Assembly: GCA_963695545.1 (NCBI GenBank)
Contig: OY968796.1
Span: 1,760,001-1,824,000 of the forward strand
Length of the DNA: 64,000 bases
Reading direction: 5' to 3'
DNA from: Terriglobia bacterium
Lineage (GTDB): Bacteria > Acidobacteriota > Terriglobia > Acidiferrales > UBA7541
The position numbers and the translations under genes were made by a program. Under the pieces are notes generated by a model, which saw nothing but the letters and a program-made list of their open reading frames with translations, was not told the DNA's origin and ran no database searches. Of the stretch, positions 58,741 through 64,000 are shown in pieces (position 1 is the stretch's first letter; every line of letters starts with the position of its first letter).

Positions 58741-60309
58741 CTAGTGCGGAGCGGGAGCATCAGAGTGCGGTACAGGCGCATCAGGCAACGCCGCGTTACT
58801 CGGCTTCGCAGGCGGAAGGAACGGTTCCGGGAACACGGGGCCCGGCGGCGGATTTCCACCCGCCAGGGGGTGCACGATTCTCGGCGTCACCACGATCAGC
58901 AATTCGTCGTCCGACTTCTGCACGGATTTGCTCTTGAAGAGATCGCCGAGGATCGGAACATCGCCGATGCCCGGAATCTTCGAGAACTCCTGCGTGACGC
59001 GGTTATCCATCAAGCCGGCGATAGCGAAACTTTGACCGTCGCGCAATTCCATTTCCGATTCCACGCGCCGCGTGGAAAGCGCCGGGATATTGAAACCGTC
59101 GATGGTCAGGGCATTCGAGAAGTCCAAAGCACTCACTTCGGGCGTGACTTTCAGGTGAATCAATCCATCGGGTGTGATCGTCGGAGTGAAATTCAGGCGC
59201 ATGCCGAATTCCTTGAATTGAATGGTGATTGTGGGGAAAGAGCTGCCGCCCGCGTTTTGCACCACGGGGAATGGAAATTCTCCGCCGGCCAGGAAGCTCG
59301 CGTCCTTGCCGGACTCGGTCAACAAATTCGGTTCTGCCAGAATCTGGAGGACATTGTTCGCTTGTAGAGCTTGAATCGTGGCGGCCAGATTGATGTCCTG
59401 GCGATAGATGAAGAGATTGAGAAGATCGCTCAGTCCGAATGAGCCGGCGCTGCCGGTCGTGGTGGTCGTGTTTCCGGTTGTGGATGTGGTCGTGGTGGAC
59501 GTGCCGTTGCCCAGCGTTCCCACCTGACCTTGAATCATCGCCGGTGAAAATTGCTGGGTGGAGATAGTGCCGACGTTCTTCGCGCCCGGCAGGCTGAGAA
59601 TATTGATTCCGAGCTGCTTGAGCGCGGTGCGATCGACTTCCGCGAACTTCACTTGGAGCAGAATTTCGCCAGTTTCGGGCGTGGGAACCTGCATCAAGCT
59701 TATGACTTTGTCTACGCTGGCCTTCACGACTTCCAGAATTTGTTCTTCGACCGCTTCGCTGGAAATTTTTCCCGAGACGATCACGGCGTCTTTCGCGGCT
59801 TCGATCTCGATGGACTCGCCGGGGAAAGCGTCGCGAAGTTCCTGGCGCAGGCTTGCGATGTCGATGTCCACGGACACGTCGAACTGGCGGCTGCGATCGA
59901 ATTCGTCCCACATCACAAGCGAGACGCTGCCGGGCGCCTTACCGTCGAGCATGACTTCGTACGGGCTGATGACTTCCGCTTCGGCGAGAGACGGATCGGC
60001 GAGGGAGACGCGCTTGATCCGCGCGGGCGAGGTGATAATCAGCGATTGGCCCACGAGCAGGTGCAAGGGCGAACCAACTGCGGTTGCGGTCTCGATGGCT
60101 CCACTCGGCGCAGGCGGAGGCGCCCCGGAGGCGGGCGCCAGACTCGACTGCGCTGTACCGGGAACCGACGCGGCCTGGGCGCGCGGCGCGCGCGGGCGAG
60201 CGGCTGCTCCTGCGCAGATGAGGATGAGGAATGCGACGGCGCAGGCGTGGACGACGAGCGCGAATTTGCGCGGCACCGAAATGTCGTCCTGGCGCTGTGT
60301 GCTACTCAT
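58741..60309 (-). CDS. cpaC: Tad secretin CpaC/RcpA
   Basis: ILLQVKFAEVDR, LAEPNL, SFLAGGEFP, KEFG, IPGIGDVPILGDLF, VTPRIV. Confidence 0.93.
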   Translation of the reverse strand: MSSTQRQDDISVPRKFALVVHACAVAFLILICAGAAARPRAPRAQAASVPGTAQSSLAPASGAPPPAPSGAIETATAVGSPLHLLVGQSLIITSPARIKRVSLADPSLAEAEVISPYEVMLDGKAPGSVSLVMWDEFDRSRQFDVSVDIDIASLRQELRDAFPGESIEIEAAKDAVIVSGKISSEAVEEQILEVVKASVDKVISLMQVPTPETGEILLQVKFAEVDRTALKQLGINILSLPGAKNVGTISTQQFSPAMIQGQVGTLGNGTSTTTTSTTGNTTTTTGSAGSFGLSDLLNLFIYRQDINLAATIQALQANNVLQILAEPNLLTESGKDASFLAGGEFPFPVVQNAGGSSFPTITIQFKEFGMRLNFTPTITPDGLIHLKVTPEVSALDFSNALTIDGFNIPALSTRRVESEMELRDGQSFAIAGLMDNRVTQEFSKIPGIGDVPILGDLFKSKSVQKSDDELLIVVTPRIVHPLAGGNPPPGPVFPEPFLPPAKPSNAALPDAPVPHSDAPAPH

Positions 60310-61147
60310 TTGGGAAGCTCTTGATTTCGTGTTTCGAGCCGTTGATTACTTCGACGGTGTAGGGCGCGGCCGGAGGCGGATCGACTCGCCGCGTTTTGCG
60401 CGAATGTCTGGTGGGAGCGGGAGGATCGGCGTCCGCAAAAAGGGAAACTTGAGAAACAGGCGCGGGATTCACGACCTTGGTGTCGACGGTGTTGCGAAGC
60501 GTGAGCTGAATTTTTCCCTGCGAGCTGGCCATCGCGAGAATCGCGGCGTGTTCCGGAGACACCAGAAGAGTGATCACCGGAACGGTTTCAGGTTTCCCGT
60601 CGCTATCCTGCTGAATTTTCTGGCCGGCGGCCAAAACTCTTACGTTTTCGAGAATGGTTCGCGTAATCGTGGGACCTGTAGCGCCGTTTGCGCCGATCAT
60701 CGTGCCGGTGACCAGGACGTCGACTTTAGTTCCAGGCGTGACGAAACCCGCGACGCCAATCACGTTGTTCACGGCCACTGACAGGCCGCGCATTCCCGGC
60801 GGGATGGTGGCCGGCAAACCCGCGCCGGATTCGGTGGAAGCAAGTTTGCGCGCCAGGATCGGTTCGTTTTCCGCGACGGGAGTGATCAGCGCGCGGTCCA
60901 CGCAATCCTGGATTTTCGTGAACATGCCGGCGACGGGCGCGTCCTCGGGCCATGGAATCGTGCGCAGCATCGAGGCATCGAGACGCGTACCGAGATCAAG
61001 CGGTTCGGCGGCCACGACGATTGTGCGCATCGGACCGGACGCGGAAACGGACGAGATGCGCTTAAATTCGCGATACACGAATGTGCTCAGCAGCAGCGCG
61101 AGCACGACGGCCGCGACGAGACCGACGAGCAAGCGATTGCGATTCAT
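60302..61147 (-). CDS. cpaB: Flp pilus assembly protein CpaB/RcpC
   Basis: SAF domain; IPPGMRG, GVAGFVTPG..VDVL, ILENVRVLA, L.LRN. Confidence 0.92.
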   Translation of the reverse strand: MNRNRLLVGLVAAVVLALLLSTFVYREFKRISSVSASGPMRTIVVAAEPLDLGTRLDASMLRTIPWPEDAPVAGMFTKIQDCVDRALITPVAENEPILARKLASTESGAGLPATIPPGMRGLSVAVNNVIGVAGFVTPGTKVDVLVTGTMIGANGATGPTITRTILENVRVLAAGQKIQQDSDGKPETVPVITLLVSPEHAAILAMASSQGKIQLTLRNTVDTKVVNPAPVSQVSLFADADPPAPTRHSRKTRRVDPPPAAPYTVEVINGSKHEIKSFPNE

Positions 61148-61172
61148 GATCGTGGCCTCTCGCGCAATGGAT

Positions 61173-61706
61173 TCATCGGCCCCACCTCGCGATCAGGAAA
61201 CAAATCAGCGTTCCGGCCGCGGCGGCAACTCCGAAAGGCAGCTTCATGAGCTGCGGATTATCGAGCGAGATCTCGGGATTCGGATGAAGGCCGAGCAAAG
61301 CGAAGCCGCGGATCAATGCGACAATGTTGCGAATGGTGTCTCGAATTCGCCCTGCGGTGACCATGCGGGCGGCGGCCATCATGCCCGAGACGAAAATACT
61401 GGCGAGCAGAACGAAAATCAGCATGCCGGGTCCGAGGAGGGCTCCCGCGGCGCCCATGAGTTTCCAATCGCCCGCGCCGAGCGCGCGCATCACGACGAGC
61501 GGAAGCAATAAGCCGAGGGCGAGCAGCATTCCTTCGACGGACGACGCCACTCCGCGCCAACCACCCGTGCCGAAATGTAGTGCGATTCCGAGAATGATTC
61601 CGGAAATCGTCAGCCAATTCGGAATCAGTCGCGTGCGCCAATCCGTCCAGGCGGCAAGAAATGTGAGCGCGAGTGCGGACACCCAAACTGTTTGCTGCGC
61701 GTTCAT
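61173..61706 (-). CDS. A24 prepilin peptidase CpaA/TadV
   Basis: D..TR.IPNW, LGAGDWKLM, LPFGVA. Confidence 0.92.
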   Translation of the reverse strand: MNAQQTVWVSALALTFLAAWTDWRTRLIPNWLTISGIILGIALHFGTGGWRGVASSVEGMLLALGLLLPLVVMRALGAGDWKLMGAAGALLGPGMLIFVLLASIFVSGMMAAARMVTAGRIRDTIRNIVALIRGFALLGLHPNPEISLDNPQLMKLPFGVAAAAGTLICFLIARWGR

Positions 61707-61894
61707 CGGAATCCTTCGCGTTCTGGGACATTTCGCGCTTAGAAGCCGTGCGATTGCGAAGCTACGGTGCTAACGTCTTTTGCGGAGCCTGTAGGTGAGG
61801 ACAGCGGGTCACTGGCCGCTAGAAAGTTTGGCGCCCTCCGAGGCGGCCAGCAACCTCTGTCTTCATCACGTCTGGATGAACCGGTCCGGTGGTC

Positions 61895-62068
61895 TCAGGA
61901 ACCCAAGGTCATATCGGTGACCGCTTTCGAAAACGCGTCGTTGATGCCGTTCGCGAGAGCGGTCAACGAGGCTGTGGCGGCTAGAGAGACCAAAGGCACA
62001 ACCAGAGCGTATTCGGTGAGGTCCTGACCTTCTGTTTCAAACCACAGACGTTTCAAAAGATTCTTCAT
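61895..62068 (-). CDS. flp: Flp/Fap type IVb pilin
   Basis: Manual translation MKNLLKRLWFETEG|QDLTEYALVVPLVSLAATASLTALANGINDAFSKAVTDMTLGS*; G|xxxxEY Flp motif; GAGGGA RBS. Confidence 0.93.
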   Translation of the reverse strand: MKNLLKRLWFETEGQDLTEYALVVPLVSLAATASLTALANGINDAFSKAVTDMTLGS

Positions 62069-62147
62069 GGTTCCCTCTTTTTTTACTTAGTCGTCGAGTG
62101 CGGCGGCGCGGAGATGGATGCCACCTTGTATCCCCGCGAAGTACAAG

Positions 62148-62162
62148 GCATGTGGGGCACCA
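62148..62162 (-). promoter_or_regulatory. Candidate sigma54 promoter for flp
   Basis: TGGTGC-CCCAC-ATGC gives GG-N10-GC spacing about 80 nt upstream of flp; imperfect consensus. Confidence 0.35.
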
Positions 62163-62379
62163 ATGTCGGAACCGATTCGGGAATGGGCCGAGAGCATTGA
62201 AGACACGCAAGTTGCGCGTTAATCGGCGCGGGACACATGGTCACAGGCAGGAATCCGGACCTCGGAAGTGTCACGTCCTGAGCGCGCTCAACAGCAGTCG
62301 GCGCGCGAATTGGTGACACATTCCGCGTGGCTTGTATGACTATCAGATACTTAATCGCCCCTCAACTGGCGGAGAATTG

Positions 62380-63987
62380 TTATTTAAGAGGAGAATTCGC
62401 TGCGATCGATCGCGAGGGAATGGTCACCGATGACCTGACGAAAAGCACGCTTTGTTCGTCGGAATAGACGCGCTGCCAATCTGGGGATGCGGAGAGAAGA
62501 GTTTCGAGGGCGCGGTCGGGCTCGACGAGACAGGATTGAATTTGGTAGTTGCGCAGGAGGGTCAATGCCCCGGGTTCAGCGTTCGCGATGTGAAGATAAT
62601 CCGCAAACACGCCGCCGCGCTCGTAGACGTCGGCGCGGCCGTCGATGAACACTTTGTGCTGCGGCGCGCGCGTCCAGACGAGGTAACCGCCGAAGCCGTA
62701 GCTATTGAACATCGGTTCGGGAACGGAGTGATGCTCGAGATACTGAACGGCGGCCACGGGAAACTGCTCGGCGACTTTGGCCTGGAGCTGTGCGGTCGAC
62801 GGGAAATAGCCAATCACGATGGCGGCGACGATGGCCATGAGTACGGCGTTCAGAGCGAATTTATCCTTGCGGCGCACGTAGGCGGGCGCCCAGCGCGAGA
62901 GAATCACGGCGAATATGGGCGCCGAAAACGGCACGAAGAGCAGAAGGAATCGCATGTGAAGACAAGCCATAGCCATGCCGCCAAGAAATAGAACGAATTC
63001 CTCAAGGCGCCACGCGAATTGCATCGTGACTTGTAACAGGATGAACCCGACGAGAAGGGCAAGAAACCATTTTCCTCCCGACAGATCGAAGGCCATCGGC
63101 CGCCACTCCTGGATTTGCGAAACGTTGAGCGGAAGCGAGAACGCGAATTCGACAGGCGAGGCGGCCAAGCGCACGCCGTAGGGCGTAAAGGGAAGCGCTA
63201 GGAGGCAACCGAGAAACACGAGGGAGATGCTGCGCCGCTGGGCGGGCGTCCAGGAGTGCGCTTCGAGATCGCCAACTCGAAACGGCGCGATGCCGGATAT
63301 CCAGTAGACGAGGATCGTGCCGAGACCGATGATCCACGATCCGTGCGCGTTGACCCAGATCAGCATGAGGATTGGCAGAAACCACATGGCGCGCGGTTTG
63401 CCCTGGCGGAAACGCTCGAGTGCGATCAGCGTGAGAATCAGGAAAAGATAGCCGAGCATCTGAGGACGCAGCGAGAACGAAGCTGCCGCGAGCATGAAGA
63501 CGGCGGCTGAGGCCACGAAGCCCGCTTTGGAATTTCCGGAGCGGAGCGTGGCGAACGCATACAGCGCGAGAACGATGGCCGTGCCCAGAACGATCAAGAG
63601 CGCGTCCAGTCCGCGATAGCCGGCGTGACGCCACGCCCACGCCAGCACAACTTCGCCCAACCATTCGTAGGCGAGCCACGGTTGACCGGAGACCGTAAAT
63701 GAAAACGGGTCCGCCACCGGCCAGCGATGAGTGGTTAGGATGGCGTCGCCGACTTTGATGTGCCACCACAGGTCGGGATCGACAACGAAGCGCCGCTCGA
63801 CGATGAATGTTCCGCCGACCAGCAAACTTGCCAGCATGGCGGGAAAGGAGAAGATCTTGCGCAGAATTTCCCCGGCCGCCGACGGAGCGGAAGCGGCAGT
63901 TCGCGGGTCGGACACGGCTGGGCCCGGGGAGAGAGGGAACGCTTCGGATTCTGCGCGCGCGTGACTCGAGAGATTCGATTCGCTCAT
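62380..63987 (-). CDS. Multi-pass membrane protein, putative GT-C-superfamily glycosyltransferase
   Basis: First TM followed by DPDLWWH loop; EWL, RPQ, WVNAHG, EW.P, N.Y..GGYL, FIDGRADVY; many TM helices and a soluble C-terminal domain. Confidence 0.7.
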   Translation of the reverse strand: MSESNLSSHARAESEAFPLSPGPAVSDPRTAASAPSAAGEILRKIFSFPAMLASLLVGGTFIVERRFVVDPDLWWHIKVGDAILTTHRWPVADPFSFTVSGQPWLAYEWLGEVVLAWAWRHAGYRGLDALLIVLGTAIVLALYAFATLRSGNSKAGFVASAAVFMLAAASFSLRPQMLGYLFLILTLIALERFRQGKPRAMWFLPILMLIWVNAHGSWIIGLGTILVYWISGIAPFRVGDLEAHSWTPAQRRSISLVFLGCLLALPFTPYGVRLAASPVEFAFSLPLNVSQIQEWRPMAFDLSGGKWFLALLVGFILLQVTMQFAWRLEEFVLFLGGMAMACLHMRFLLLFVPFSAPIFAVILSRWAPAYVRRKDKFALNAVLMAIVAAIVIGYFPSTAQLQAKVAEQFPVAAVQYLEHHSVPEPMFNSYGFGGYLVWTRAPQHKVFIDGRADVYERGGVFADYLHIANAEPGALTLLRNYQIQSCLVEPDRALETLLSASPDWQRVYSDEQSVLFVRSSVTIPSRSIAANSPLK

Positions 63988-64000
63988 GATTTCGATTTTA

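Overview
A GC-rich bacterial chromosomal segment. Gene content and repeat types suggest Acidobacteriota; this is an inference from the Oar-like TonB-dependent receptor, the Tad locus layout and the GTAG-type REP repeats. Left to right it contains: (1) a partial surE, a glycogen debranching enzyme, an M14 peptidase and a c-type cytochrome; (2) a B12/radical-SAM protein resembling GDGT ring synthases (Grs family); (3) two tandem paralogous small secreted His/Asp-rich proteins in a REP-rich zone; (4) a decayed HicB-like gene and a type II restriction-modification pair; (5) a ~25 kb carbohydrate/uronate utilisation region (esterase-lactonase fusion, SSS transporter, PdxA2, DUF1537 kinase, Tat-exported GH, IclR, AKR, TBDR, ROK, GH67, GH3, LacI, GH105, kduI, kduD); (6) a MoxR-DUF58-DUF4350-DUF4129-SpoIIM-RDD cluster; (7) a fluoride riboswitch-crcB-DUF190 operon, a CE15-like esterase and a second AKR; (8) a Tad/Flp pilus locus with an adjacent GT-C-like membrane protein. 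The most striking unexplained signal is a dispersed ~300-380 bp element present twice (12883-13181, 50836-51214). Each copy has a sigma70 promoter, a leaderless ATG, internal periodic repeats and an identical terminal GTAG-REP hairpin. The ORF track does not show the Flp pilin, a 32-aa Tad-operon membrane peptide or the HicB remnant; these and the riboswitch and operators were read directly from the sequence.
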